A stretch of DNA of 64,000 bases, taken from positions 2,554-66,553 of the forward strand of contig JBDTTJ010000001.1 of assembly GCA_039930645.1 (NCBI GenBank). The letters are read 5' to 3'. This DNA comes from Acidobacteriota bacterium. Its GTDB lineage: Bacteria; Acidobacteriota; Thermoanaerobaculia; UBA5066. The notes beneath the pieces are model-generated. The model was not told the origin of the DNA, searched no databases, and was given only the letters and a program-made list of their open reading frames with translations. Positions 1 through 9,068 of this stretch are shown piece after piece. Position 1 is the first letter of the stretch. Each line of letters begins with the position of its first letter. Made by a program: the position numbers and the translations under genes.

Positions 1-6
1 GCCTCG

Positions 7-501
7 ATGGCGCCGGGTCCGGAATCCCAGAAGCTGAAGGCGATCGACGGGATCCGCCGGGCGGGGCTCCTCGGGCGGATCGGGCGCACGGCCGAGGCCG
101 AGCAGGCCCTTGCCGCCCTGGATCTCAAGGTGCTCGCGGACCCGAAGGAGCCGAAGTCCCAGGAGATGGTCGACCGCCAGATCAACCTCATCCGCGGCAT
201 CATCGCGATGGGCGCCGGGCGCGACGCCGAGGCCGTGACGCTCCTCAAGAACTCGCTCGAGCAGAAGCAGGACAAGGGTTTCGCGTCCTCGGATTATTAC
301 CCGGCGAACACGTTGACGCGCCTCGCGCTCGCAACGTCCCTCGGCCGCCTGGGCCGCACGGACGAGGCCGCGCAGGCGCTCGCGCCGATTCTCGAGAAGA
401 ACCCCCGCTTTTTCCCCGCGCTGCAGTCCCTCGCGCGCGCCCAGGGCAAGGAGCCACCGGCCCCGATCGCGCCCGCGGCGCGCGCCGAGAACGCGTCCTG
501 A
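7..501 (+). CDS. hypothetical helical-repeat (TPR-like) protein, C-terminal fragment; 5' end lies outside the window
   Basis: ORF runs from the window edge to a TGA at 499-501. Ala/Leu-rich helical-repeat composition. No catalytic motif recognised. Confidence 0.35.
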   Translation: MAPGPESQKLKAIDGIRRAGLLGRIGRTAEAEQALAALDLKVLADPKEPKSQEMVDRQINLIRGIIAMGAGRDAEAVTLLKNSLEQKQDKGFASSDYYPANTLTRLALATSLGRLGRTDEAAQALAPILEKNPRFFPALQSLARAQGKEPPAPIAPAARAENAS

Positions 502-505
502 CCCC

Positions 506-2017
506 GTGAGCGGCACGCGGCCACCCGCGCGCGACCTCGAGGCCTTCGCGCTCAAGAAGAAGGTCTTGCGGCTCGAGACGCTCTATGACGTCAGCCGGTC
601 GCTCACGTCGGCGTCCGACGAGCGGGCGCTCCTCGAGGAGATCCTCGCGCGCGCCGTCCCCGTGCTCGACGCCGGCCGCGGGTTCGCGGCGGCGTTCGAG
701 GACGCCGCGGGCGCCGGAGCCGTCGCGTCGGTCGGGCTCGAACCCGCCCCCACGCCGCTCGACGTCGCGTCCGATCCGTTCGTCCTCGACCTTGCGCGTG
801 CGAAGGCGCCGCTGGCGCGGGCGGGGGAGACCCTCTTCGGCCGCCCGGCCGGCAGCGTCGCGGGCGTCCCTCTCGTCTCCGGCGGCCGCGTGCTCGGCGT
901 CCTCGTCGTCCTCGAGCGCGAGGCGCGCGGTGGCGACGCGCCTTCTTTCGACGAGGAGGACCGCCGGTTCCTCGGCTCGCTCGCGGCCCTCGCGGCCCCC
1001 GCGCTCGAGGGCAGTCGCCGCTTCCGGGCCCTCGCCGCCGACCTCGACCGCCTGCGTGAGGAGAACCGCTCGCTCAAGGGCACGACCGCCGTCGACGAGC
1101 TCCTCGTCGGCGACTCGGCCGCCATGCGCCGCGCCAAGGAGCTCATCGCGCGCGCGGCGGCGTCGCGCGTCAACGTCCTCATCACGGGGGAGAGCGGCAC
1201 CGGCAAGGAGCTTGCCGCGCGGCTCCTCCACACGGGCTCCCCGCGCCGGGACGGTCCGTTCCTCGCCCTGAACTGCGCCGCGATGCCCGAAGGCCTCCTC
1301 GAGAGCGAGCTCTTCGGCATCGAGAAAGGCGTCGCAACGGGCGTCGACGGGCGGCCGGGAAAGTTCGAGCTCGCGAGCGCCGGCACGGTGTTCCTGGACG
1401 AGATCGGCGACACGCCGCTCGCGATCCAGGCGAAACTCCTGCGCGTCCTGCAGGAGCGCGAGATCGAGCGTGTGGGCGGGCGCGCGCGCATTCCCGTGGA
1501 CGTGCGCGTCCTGTCCGCGACTCACCAGAGCCTGCCGGACCTGATCCGCCAGGGCCGCTTCCGCGAGGACCTCTTCTACCGTCTGCGCGTCGTCGAAATC
1601 GCGATGCCCGCGCTGCGCGAGAGGCGCGAGGACATCCCGCGGCTCGCGGGCCACTTCCTCGCGCGCATCGCCGCGCGCGACGGCCGCCGGGCGCCCACGC
1701 TCTCGCGCGACGCCGTGAAGGCGCTCCTCGACTACGAGTTTCCAGGCAACGTGCGCGAGCTCGAGAACCTGCTCGAGGGCGCCGCGGCGCTCGTCGCGGG
1801 CGACGCGATCGAGGCGGCCGACCTGCAGTTTGGCATCGCGCGCGGCGCTGCGGGCGCGGGGACGCTCGGGGACGACGCGAAGGCGGGCGGCGTGAGCCTG
1901 AGGCACGTCGAGAACGCGCACATCAGTCGTGTCCTCGCGCAGGTGAAGGGCAACAAGAGCCGCGCCGCCAAGCTCCTCGGCGTCAGCCGCCGGACCCTGT
2001 ACCGAAAGCGGGTTTGA
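506..2017 (+). CDS. sigma-54-dependent transcriptional activator (enhancer-binding protein) with GAF domain, AAA+ sigma54-activator domain and Fis-type HTH
   Basis: Walker A 'GESGTGKELAARLLH', 'ELFGIEKG', 'GNVRELENLLEGA', a GAFTGA-region equivalent, and a C-terminal 'AAKLLGVSRRTLYRKR' HTH. GTG start. Confidence 0.85.
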   Translation: MSGTRPPARDLEAFALKKKVLRLETLYDVSRSLTSASDERALLEEILARAVPVLDAGRGFAAAFEDAAGAGAVASVGLEPAPTPLDVASDPFVLDLARAKAPLARAGETLFGRPAGSVAGVPLVSGGRVLGVLVVLEREARGGDAPSFDEEDRRFLGSLAALAAPALEGSRRFRALAADLDRLREENRSLKGTTAVDELLVGDSAAMRRAKELIARAAASRVNVLITGESGTGKELAARLLHTGSPRRDGPFLALNCAAMPEGLLESELFGIEKGVATGVDGRPGKFELASAGTVFLDEIGDTPLAIQAKLLRVLQEREIERVGGRARIPVDVRVLSATHQSLPDLIRQGRFREDLFYRLRVVEIAMPALRERREDIPRLAGHFLARIAARDGRRAPTLSRDAVKALLDYEFPGNVRELENLLEGAAALVAGDAIEAADLQFGIARGAAGAGTLGDDAKAGGVSLRHVENAHISRVLAQVKGNKSRAAKLLGVSRRTLYRKRV

Positions 2018-2154
2018 GCCCGGAGAAGGTCTTCTTGTTCTCTCTCATTTGTGGGGACAATTCGCCACAATGTAGCGTTGTGACGCACTCGCGCTAAGTA
2101 GTTTTCGCAGAATGGTTAATGCATTTATTAGTCGCGAGACCGCAATAGTGTGAC

Positions 2155-2178
2155 ATAGTGGCACATCACGAGCCTTCG
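2155..2178 (+). promoter_or_regulatory. candidate sigma-54 (-24/-12) promoter: TGGCAC-N..-GC with GG-N10-GC spacing, inside an AT-rich intergenic region
   Basis: The motif 'TGGCACATCACGAGCC' gives a perfect -24 hexamer and a partial -12 (GC). It lies about 130-350 nt upstream of the partner-switching genes and directly downstream of the EBP gene. Coordinates may be off by 1-2 nt. Confidence 0.3.
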
Positions 2179-2517
2179 CGAGGCGCCCAGTCCAGCTTCC
2201 AAGAAATCTTGCTTTCTCAATACTTTACATTCTCTCTGCCGCCGCGTTCGCGGCGCCAGCGCGGGTGGCGCGTCACTTGCTCTACATGGGCCAACCGGAG
2301 CCAAGCCCATGACGAGCCGCAACGACACAAAGGTTCATGCCGCGCGATCCTTGGACGGCGTCGCGCCGTTCGCGCCTGCCGTGCCGTCCGCGCCTTCCGC
2401 CGCCTCGCGCCTCCTCGTGCCGCTCCTCTTAGCCGAGGTCGCAGCGTTCGGCGCTCTCGCCCTCTCGGGTAAGATTCCGGAGTCCCTGATCACCGCGCTT
2501 CGCGCGCTCCTGACGTT

Positions 2518-2982
2518 TTGAGGAATGAGGAACTGCCGTCCGCGATGTCATCCGTCGAGAGGCGCGAAATCCACCTGACCATTCCGGTGGCCCCGGAGAT
2601 GGAGCTTGCCGCCACCGCGCAGGTCTCTGCGCTGGGCGAGTGGATGGAGATGGGCCGGGATAAGATCGACGAGGTCAAGATGGCCGTCGCCGAGGCCTGT
2701 ATCAACGCCTTCGAGCACAGCGCGACGCCCGACCGCCAGGTCGCCCTCGCCTTCCGCATCGGCTCGGACGAAGGCGGACGCGGCGCCTATCTCGAGGTGG
2801 ACGTTTCCGACGCGGGCCGGGGCTTCGACCCCACCCGCCTCAGGACTCCCGAGATCGCGACCGCCCTGAAGTCCAGCCGCAAGCGCGGATGGGGCATCAA
2901 GATCATCGAGAGCCTGATGGACGACGTCCGGATCGAGAGCGGGGAGCACGGCACGCGCATCGTGATGCGGAAGTACCGGTAG
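2518..2982 (+). CDS. anti-sigma factor / partner-switching serine kinase (RsbW/SpoIIAB-like HATPase_c)
   Basis: 154 aa. 'AVAEACINAFEH', 'LEVDVSDAGRGFD' (N-box/G-box of GHKL kinases), 'GWGIKIIESLMDDV'. Confidence 0.7.
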   Translation: MRNEELPSAMSSVERREIHLTIPVAPEMELAATAQVSALGEWMEMGRDKIDEVKMAVAEACINAFEHSATPDRQVALAFRIGSDEGGRGAYLEVDVSDAGRGFDPTRLRTPEIATALKSSRKRGWGIKIIESLMDDVRIESGEHGTRIVMRKYR

Positions 2983-2999
2983 GATATAAAGGGAGCCGA

Positions 3000-3362
3000 A
3001 TGAGCGAGACCCTGAAAGTCGTCGTGGAGCGGCCGGACGCGGCCGTCGCGATCCTGCGGACCGACGGCTACATCAACAACACCGGCGGCGAAGAGATCGC
3101 GAAGGAAGCGTACGCGCTCCTCGGAGCCGGCGTGACGCGCCTTCTCCTCGACCTCGAGAAAACGAAGATCGTGAACTCGATCGGCATCTCGATCCTCATC
3201 GAGATCCTCGAAAAGCTGCTCGACCAGGGAGGGAAGCTCGCGTTCTGCCGCTTGACGCCGACGATCGAGAAGACGTTCCAGATCATGGGCCTCGCGCAAT
3301 ATGCACGCATCTTCCCCGCTCCCGAGCCCGCCCTTGCCTGGCTCCGGGGCGAGTCCGAGTAA
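3000..3362 (+). CDS. STAS-domain anti-sigma-factor antagonist (RsbV/SpoIIAA-like)
   Basis: 120 aa starting at MSETLKVV, with a GGAG RBS upstream. 'LLLDLEKTKIVNSIGISILIEI' is a typical STAS motif with a conserved Ser. Start derived from the ORF 2889..3362 at residue 38. Confidence 0.75.
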   Translation: MSETLKVVVERPDAAVAILRTDGYINNTGGEEIAKEAYALLGAGVTRLLLDLEKTKIVNSIGISILIEILEKLLDQGGKLAFCRLTPTIEKTFQIMGLAQYARIFPAPEPALAWLRGESE

Positions 3363-5052
3363 CGTTTCCGCCTCGCCGGCGACCGCAGCGGGCGGCCACC
3401 GGCTGCTGGCGGCGCACGCCCGGCTCGCGGCGATCGATCCCTGGAGCGGACGCGAGCGCCTCTTCGAGGAGATCCTCGCCGCGCTTCTCCTCGGCTCCGG
3501 CGCCTCGCGCGGGATTCTCCTCGATCCCGTCCAGCCCGCCCGCTCGGTGGCCATCGGCCTGGACGCGTCTTCGGCCGCCCTGCTCGCGCTCGCCGCGCGC
3601 GTCGCGGCCGCGCCTCGCTCGACGGGGCCCCTGACGGCCGTCGACCTCGCGCCCTTCTTCGGAGACGCGCGCGCGCCGTTCGCGATTCCTCTCACGGCCC
3701 AGGAGCAGACCGTGGCCTTCGTCGTCCTCGACACGCCGCCCGAGGATCCCGCGGGCTTCGCGTCGGCAACGGCCCACACGGCCTGGCTTCTCGACACCGT
3801 GCGGATGTCGGAGAAGGTCCAGAAGGCCGACTTCGAGCTGAAGTACCGCGTGTGGGAGCTGCAGAGTCTTTATGACGTCGGCCTCTCCATCGCCCGCACG
3901 CTCGACCTCGAGTCCCTCGCGGACGACGTCCTCATGACGTCCGTCTCGCTCCTGAACGCGCGCTCCGGGTCGCTCCTCGTGCGCGCGCAGGGTGACGAGG
4001 GCTTCTTCGCCAAGCACGTCGGCGAGCCGCTCCTGAGCGCGGACGCGATCTACGAGGTGCCCGCGGGGGCCGTGCTCGCGAACGCGCGCGAGAGCCGGCC
4101 CGACTTCCTGAAGGACGCGCCCGCCGAGAAGCTCCTCCTCGTTCCGATCGCGGTCGAGAACCGCGCGCTCGGCGTCCTCGTCGTCGCCGACAAGGAGACG
4201 CGCGGGGGCGGAGTGGACGACTTCACGGAGGCCGACGTGCGCGTCGCGAGCCTCTTCGCGAACCAGGCGGCGATCGCCCTCGAAAACGCGCGCCTCCACC
4301 GCGAGGCGGTCGAGAAGGAGAAGATGGAGCGCGAGATGGAGCTCGCGGCCTCCATCCAGAAGACGATTCTTCCCGACTCTCTACCCGAGGTCACGGGGCT
4401 CCTGCTCGCGGGCCGCAACCGTCCGACGAAGCAGGTCGGTGGCGATTACTTCGACGTTTACCCGCTGCCCGGCGGCCTCACGGCGCTCTGCGTGGCGGAC
4501 GTGTCCGGCAAGGGCGTCCCCGCGGCGCTCCTCGTGTCGACCGTCCACGCATGCCTCCACCTCCTCATCTCGAACCTCTCCGGCGACCTCCCGGCCCTCG
4601 TCGCCCGCGTGAACAAGCATCTCGTCCGCTTCTCCTCGACTCGTAAGTTCGCGACGCTGTTCGTCGCGGTGTTCGACCCGGCGTCGGGCCTCCTGCGCTA
4701 CGTGAACGCCGGGCACAATCCAGGCCTGTGGCTCTCACGCTCTGGCGCGACGCTCCTGCCGAGCGGCGGCGTCCCGGTCGGAATGATGCCGGCCGCCGTC
4801 CACCGCGAAGACTCCGTGACCCTCAAGCCCGGCGATACGCTTCTTCTCTACTCGGATGGAATCACGGAAGCGCTCAACCGCGACGACGAGGAATTCGGGA
4901 TGGAGCGGCTCACCGAGCTCGCGCTGGAGGGGCGCGGGGCGCCTCCCGCCGAGATCTCGCGTCGCATCTTCGGGGCCGTGAGCGACTTCACCGCGGGCGT
5001 CGCGCAGTACGACGACCAGACGGTGCTCATCGCCCGCGTCGCGGGCGCGTGA
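3301..5052 (+). CDS. GAF-domain PP2C-type (SpoIIE/RsbU-family) serine phosphatase
   Basis: 583 aa. 'GGDYFDVYPL', 'CVADVSGKGVPAALLV', 'LLLYSDGITEA' and 'QYDDQTVLIARV' are PPM/SpoIIE metal-binding motifs. The ATG start overlaps the STAS gene by 62 nt. Confidence 0.8.
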   Translation: MHASSPLPSPPLPGSGASPSNVSASPATAAGGHRLLAAHARLAAIDPWSGRERLFEEILAALLLGSGASRGILLDPVQPARSVAIGLDASSAALLALAARVAAAPRSTGPLTAVDLAPFFGDARAPFAIPLTAQEQTVAFVVLDTPPEDPAGFASATAHTAWLLDTVRMSEKVQKADFELKYRVWELQSLYDVGLSIARTLDLESLADDVLMTSVSLLNARSGSLLVRAQGDEGFFAKHVGEPLLSADAIYEVPAGAVLANARESRPDFLKDAPAEKLLLVPIAVENRALGVLVVADKETRGGGVDDFTEADVRVASLFANQAAIALENARLHREAVEKEKMEREMELAASIQKTILPDSLPEVTGLLLAGRNRPTKQVGGDYFDVYPLPGGLTALCVADVSGKGVPAALLVSTVHACLHLLISNLSGDLPALVARVNKHLVRFSSTRKFATLFVAVFDPASGLLRYVNAGHNPGLWLSRSGATLLPSGGVPVGMMPAAVHREDSVTLKPGDTLLLYSDGITEALNRDDEEFGMERLTELALEGRGAPPAEISRRIFGAVSDFTAGVAQYDDQTVLIARVAGA

Positions 5053-6410
5053 GGCGCGCCGCGGCCGTCGCCACGGCCGCTCTCGTCGCGCTCTCCTGCA
5101 CGTTCTCGGGCGAGACGACCGTGTCTCCACACCGTCTCGTCAAGCCGTTGCCGGGCGGCCTCGTGAACTCGTACAACGCGGAGGAACAGCTCGCCCGCGG
5201 GTACATCCCCGAAGTCTCGGCGTTCCTCGTGTCCTCCGGCGGGAAGTCGCTGGAGGGCGTGCGCTACGACCGGCTGCTCGGCCAGGTTCTCCTCGAGCGC
5301 GGCGACTTTCGCGGCGCGGCCCCTCACCTCGAGCGCGCGTTCGCCGGCGTCGGCCGCGCCTCCGAGCGCGCCGGGATCGCGTGGCTGCTCTCGCAGGCGG
5401 CTTACTGGGAGGGCGACTTCACGGGCGCGGGCCGCTGGGCGCGCGCCGCGCAGCGCGAAGGCAAGCTCGTGCCCGAGGGCTGGGTCGTCTTTCTCGAGTC
5501 GCCGCCGCCCCGGCCCCTCTACGCCGGCGCGGCCGCCGGCGAGAGCGTGACGCTGCCCGTCGACTTCGGACGGCCGAACCTCGTCCGCCTCTCCGTGCGC
5601 GCGAACGGGCGGCCGCCGGAGGAGATGGTCCTCGACTCGGGAGCGTCCGTCTCGCTCCTGACGGACAGCGCGGCCGAGCGCCTCGGCGTGCGTTTCACGG
5701 CGGGCGCCACGGCAGCGGCCCGCGGCCTGCACGAGACGGAGACGCCCATGCGCATGGGCTGGCTCGACTCCGTTCGCATGGGCGACCTCACCCTCACGGA
5801 CGTGCCGGTCGGCGTCCTTCCGGACGGCACGCTCACGTTCGAGACGGCGTCCCTCGGCGTCTTCCGGCTGAACGGCGTCCTCGGCGCGCACCTCATGAAG
5901 GAGTTCGACTGGCGCATCGAGTACATCGAGAAGCGCCTCTTCGCCCGACGCGTGGACCCAAGGGCGGCTCGCGGCTCGAAGGGCCAGAACATGTTCTTCC
6001 GCCGCATGAAGCCCATGGTCCGCACGTCGCTGAACGGACAGCCGTGGTCGCTGTTCCTCCTCGACACGGGCTCGGAGCCCTCGATGGTGACGCGCGGCGC
6101 CCTGCGCAAAACGCGACTCTTCGAGCCGGAGACCGCGTACCCGGTGACGCTCGAGGGCATCGGCAACTCGCGCGTGTCGTGGGGAAAGATTTCGAACGTG
6201 AGCCTCGGCGTCGACGCCTTCATGGTGCGCTTCAAGGACATCGTCGTGAAGGAGGAGAGCGAGGGGCTCGAGGACGGGATCCTCGGCGCCTCGTTCCTCT
6301 CGAACTTCGACGTCGAGATCCGCTTCGGCTCGATGGCGCTCGCGCTCGAGAACCCGGTCGAGCGGCGGCGGCGGGAGGCGCGCGCGCCCGCGCAGGAGAT
6401 CCCCCGATAG
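5049..6410 (+). CDS. lipoprotein with N-terminal TPR-like region and two retropepsin-like aspartyl protease domains
   Basis: GTG start overlaps the upstream stop (GTGA). Signal peptide and lipobox 'ALVALSC'. Two D-S/T-G-A/S motifs: 'MVLDSGASVSLLTD' and 'FLLDTGSEPSMVTRG'. Confidence 0.5.
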   Translation: MRRAAAVATAALVALSCTFSGETTVSPHRLVKPLPGGLVNSYNAEEQLARGYIPEVSAFLVSSGGKSLEGVRYDRLLGQVLLERGDFRGAAPHLERAFAGVGRASERAGIAWLLSQAAYWEGDFTGAGRWARAAQREGKLVPEGWVVFLESPPPRPLYAGAAAGESVTLPVDFGRPNLVRLSVRANGRPPEEMVLDSGASVSLLTDSAAERLGVRFTAGATAAARGLHETETPMRMGWLDSVRMGDLTLTDVPVGVLPDGTLTFETASLGVFRLNGVLGAHLMKEFDWRIEYIEKRLFARRVDPRAARGSKGQNMFFRRMKPMVRTSLNGQPWSLFLLDTGSEPSMVTRGALRKTRLFEPETAYPVTLEGIGNSRVSWGKISNVSLGVDAFMVRFKDIVVKEESEGLEDGILGASFLSNFDVEIRFGSMALALENPVERRRREARAPAQEIPR

Positions 6411-6419
6411 AATGAGGCC

Positions 6420-7163
6420 GTGAGGGGGAGTCGGACGGGGCTGGTGCCTTTGGCGGTGGGCGGAGTCGCCCTTCTCGCCGCGTGCCGCCCGCCGGCGGAT
6501 CCGATGGAAACGAAACGCGAGCAGATGGTGGAGACGCAGATCGCGGCGCGCGGCATACGCGACCCGCGCGTCCTCGCCGCGATGCGCAAGGTGCCGCGGC
6601 ACCTCTTCGTTCCGGCCGCCGAGGCGGCCTCCGCCTACGACGACCGCCCGCTTCCGATCGGGAGCGGCCAGACGATCTCGCAGCCGTACGTCGTCGCCTT
6701 CATGACCGAGCAGCTGCGGCTCACCGGCAAGGAGACGGTGCTCGAGATCGGCACCGGCTCGGGCTACCAGACCGCGATCCTCGCGGAGCTCGCCGCGAAG
6801 GTGTACTCGATCGAGATCCGCCCGGAGCTCGCGGACGCGGCGTCGGCCCGGCTCAAGGAGCTCGGCCTCAGAAACGTCGAGGTGCGCACCGCCGACGGCT
6901 ACCGCGGCTGGCCCGAGGTGGCGCCGTTCGACGGAATCCTGGTGACGGCCGCCCCCGAACGCGTCCCGCCGCCGCTTCTCGAGCAGCTCGCGTCGACCGG
7001 GCGCATGGTGATTCCCGTGGGCGCCTTCTACCAGGAGCTGAAGGTCATCGAGCGGCAGGGCGGCGGCTACACGGAGAAGAGCGTCCTGCCCGTCCGGTTC
7101 GTGCCGTTCGTCGGCGAGGCCGAGGGCGAGCCGCGCCCCGCCGCGCCCGGGACCGACCGTTGA
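6420..7163 (+). CDS. pcm: protein-L-isoaspartate O-methyltransferase
   Basis: 'GSGQTISQPYVVAFMTE', 'LEIGTGSGYQTAILAEL', 'DGILVTAAPERVP'. Confidence 0.85.
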   Translation: MRGSRTGLVPLAVGGVALLAACRPPADPMETKREQMVETQIAARGIRDPRVLAAMRKVPRHLFVPAAEAASAYDDRPLPIGSGQTISQPYVVAFMTEQLRLTGKETVLEIGTGSGYQTAILAELAAKVYSIEIRPELADAASARLKELGLRNVEVRTADGYRGWPEVAPFDGILVTAAPERVPPPLLEQLASTGRMVIPVGAFYQELKVIERQGGGYTEKSVLPVRFVPFVGEAEGEPRPAAPGTDR

Positions 7164-7480
7164 ACGGTGTGGGCGACGCTCCTCCCGTCCCGCTCCCCGG
7201 CCCCCTCGCGGGCCTCGTCGTCACGGGGACGACCCTGGGGCGCGTCGCCGCGCGGGCGCGCGACGTCGCCCACACGTTCTCGGCCTGGGCGCTCGTGGTC
7301 GACACGGCGCAGGGGCCCGGCAGGATCGTGCGTATCGAGCTGACTCCCGACGCGACCCTCTGGCGGGGCGACGGCATCTTCCTCGGATGGACGTCCGAGC
7401 GGCTCGCTGCGGCTTGGGACGCTTTGCGCGCCGCCGAGCCGGAGCTCGAAGCTTCGCCGGACTTTCAGCAGCTCGGCTAG
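7160..7480 (+). CDS. hypothetical small protein (TTG/GTG start)
   Basis: About 105 codons after pcm, in a frame with coding-like GC3. No homology recognised. Convergent with the DUF190 gene. Confidence 0.2.
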   Translation: MNGVGDAPPVPLPGPLAGLVVTGTTLGRVAARARDVAHTFSAWALVVDTAQGPGRIVRIELTPDATLWRGDGIFLGWTSERLAAAWDALRAAEPELEASPDFQQLG

Positions 7481-7830
7481 GCTTTCTTCTTCGGCGCCCA
7501 GCGCAGGACGTCGACCTTCTCCATCGTGATGAGGACGCCGCAGGCCGCCTCCTCGAGGATCGGGTCGATGCGTTCGAGGTAGCCGCGAATTTTCTCCTCG
7601 GTGTCCACGATCTCGACGACGATCGGGAGGTCCTCCGAGAGCTCGACGAGGCGGGCGCGGTGGACGACGCTCGATGCGCCGTAGGACTCGATGCCACGCA
7701 GGACGGTCGCGCCGGAGAGCCCGCCCTCCCGCGCCTCGGCGACGAGCACCTCGAAGAGCGGCCGGTGCCTCGCGCGGTCCATTTCGCCGATGTGGATCCG
7801 GAGCAGTTTCGCGATCGTGGCGTCTTTCAT
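7477..7830 (-). CDS. DUF190 / PII-like protein commonly paired with CrcB
   Basis: 117 aa, 'MKDATIAKLLRIHIGEMDRARHRPLFEVLV...'. ATGA overlap with crcB. Start derived from ORF 7477..7953 at residue 42. Confidence 0.6.
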   Translation of the reverse strand: MKDATIAKLLRIHIGEMDRARHRPLFEVLVAEAREGGLSGATVLRGIESYGASSVVHRARLVELSEDLPIVVEIVDTEEKIRGYLERIDPILEEAACGVLITMEKVDVLRWAPKKKA

Positions 7831-8210
7831 GAGCCGAGCCTCCCGATCGAACGGCCGAGCAGCGTGCCGAGGAGCCCGAGGAATACGGATCCGCCTGCGT
7901 AGAGCGTCGCGCGGAGGACGTCCTTCACGCTCAGGAGGCCGAGCGTTTCCCATGCGAACGAGGAAAACGTCGTGAACCCGCCGAGGATGCCGACCATCAG
8001 GAACGTGCGCGCCTCGGGCGACAGCGCGGCGCGCTCAAGCCCGAGCGCCCCGACGAGGCCGATGGCGAAGCACCCGGCGAGATTCACCCAGAAGGTGCCC
8101 GTTGGGAACGGCCCCGGAAAGGTCCTCTGCAGCGCGCTCGCCATCGCATACCGGCAGACGGAGCCGATCCCGCCGCCGACGAAGACGAGTGCAAGGAGGG
8201 AGAGCTTCAT
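7827..8210 (-). CDS. crcB: fluoride ion channel CrcB/Fluc
   Basis: 127 aa with four TM helices. 'GGFTTFSSF' is the signature CrcB motif. Confidence 0.85.
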   Translation of the reverse strand: MKLSLLALVFVGGGIGSVCRYAMASALQRTFPGPFPTGTFWVNLAGCFAIGLVGALGLERAALSPEARTFLMVGILGGFTTFSSFAWETLGLLSVKDVLRATLYAGGSVFLGLLGTLLGRSIGRLGS

Positions 8211-8214
8211 CCCG

Positions 8215-9024
8215 TCAGATCCCCGCCCAGCCGGGCTCGAGGCGCGTCCAGCCCTCTTCGACCGCCCAGAGGTCCATCGCGAGAGACACGAGGTCGTCCA
8301 CCTCGGGCAGCGGGCGGGCGTCGAGCGTCAGGTCGAGCGACTTCACGTAGTGCCTGCAGGTCTCGCAGGCCTCGATGCGGACCGCGGGATGGGCTTCGGT
8401 CTGGAAGGAGGGGAGCTTCGCCGGGTCCTCCTCGTGGCATGCGGCGCAGCGGATGCGCGCGAACGGCCATTCGGTGCCGCAGAGCGCGCAGACGAGGGAG
8501 CGCGCGGCGCCCATCGATTCGGGCACTTCGCGCCGCACGCTCACGACCGCGCCGCTCCCGCAGGCGGGGCAGTGCCCCTCGTGGCGCGGGCGCTCGAGCG
8601 TCACGCCGCGGGCGACAAGGACCTCGGCCCACGGCCGCAGGAACGCGCGCGCGAGGTAGTCCTCGCGAGCCTCGCGCTCGCCGCTCCAGTAGACCGCGAG
8701 ACGCGAGAGCGCCGTCTCCTCCGCGTCGGCGCGCCGCGCCTTTGCGGCCTCGGCCAGCTCCGGCGGCCCCTGCTCGGCCGCGTACGTCAGGAGCGGCGCG
8801 AAGAGATCGAGGACCTGGGGAAAGTCGGCGCTGGTTCCCGTGAAGGGAGCGTCCCCGTGGCGCGCGTGGACGGCCCCGGCGAGCCGCCCCTGCAGCCGGA
8901 AGAGGCCAGCCGCAAACGCGAGCGGCTCGGCGACGAGAAGGGCCGAGGCGGCGAGGCCGGTGGCGCGCGCCGCCCGGGCCTCGAACGCCGCCGCCGGGTC
9001 GAGTGTCTTGGTCACAGCCCGCAC
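8215..9024 (-). CDS. fdhE: formate dehydrogenase accessory protein FdhE
   Basis: Paired CxxC clusters: 'CPACGSG...CALCGTEW...CAACHEE...CETCRHY'. GTG start at residue 277 of ORF 8215..9852. Confidence 0.75.
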   Translation of the reverse strand: MRAVTKTLDPAAAFEARAARATGLAASALLVAEPLAFAAGLFRLQGRLAGAVHARHGDAPFTGTSADFPQVLDLFAPLLTYAAEQGPPELAEAAKARRADAEETALSRLAVYWSGEREAREDYLARAFLRPWAEVLVARGVTLERPRHEGHCPACGSGAVVSVRREVPESMGAARSLVCALCGTEWPFARIRCAACHEEDPAKLPSFQTEAHPAVRIEACETCRHYVKSLDLTLDARPLPEVDDLVSLAMDLWAVEEGWTRLEPGWAGI

Positions 9025-9068
9025 GTTAGCGCCGGAGCGCCGGAAACAGAAGCGGGGCCGGCGAGAAA

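Noticed and set aside
245-1921. Very long antisense or alternative-frame ORFs throughout the track (for example 245..1921-, 2787..3797-, 4848..6602-, 10998..14057+, 13552..15282+, 28955..32143+, 53504..58678-)
   Set aside because: These are typical of ~70% GC DNA, where stop codons are rare in non-coding frames. Their translations are Arg/Ala/Pro/Gly-rich low-complexity sequence. Each is fully overlapped by a gene with clear family motifs on the other frame or strand.
2079-2165. TGTGAC-containing repeats resembling half of a CRP/FNR box (TGTGA-N6-TCACA)
   Set aside because: No matching TCACA half-site is present at the correct spacing. These are more likely part of an EBP upstream activator sequence or are fortuitous.
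2309-2521. 70-aa hydrophobic ORF (MTSRNDTKVHAARSLDG...) between the candidate sigma54 promoter and the anti-sigma kinase gene
   Set aside because: It could be a real small membrane protein. There is no RBS, conserved motif or homology to support it, and Ala/Leu-rich peptides arise easily in GC-rich sequence.
8211-8214. Expected fluoride riboswitch in front of crcB
   Set aside because: Only 4 nt separate the fdhE stop from the crcB start, so there is no space for the ~60-nt crcB RNA motif. I could not recognise the motif in the fdhE 3' end by eye. It is kept as an open check under findings rather than as a feature.
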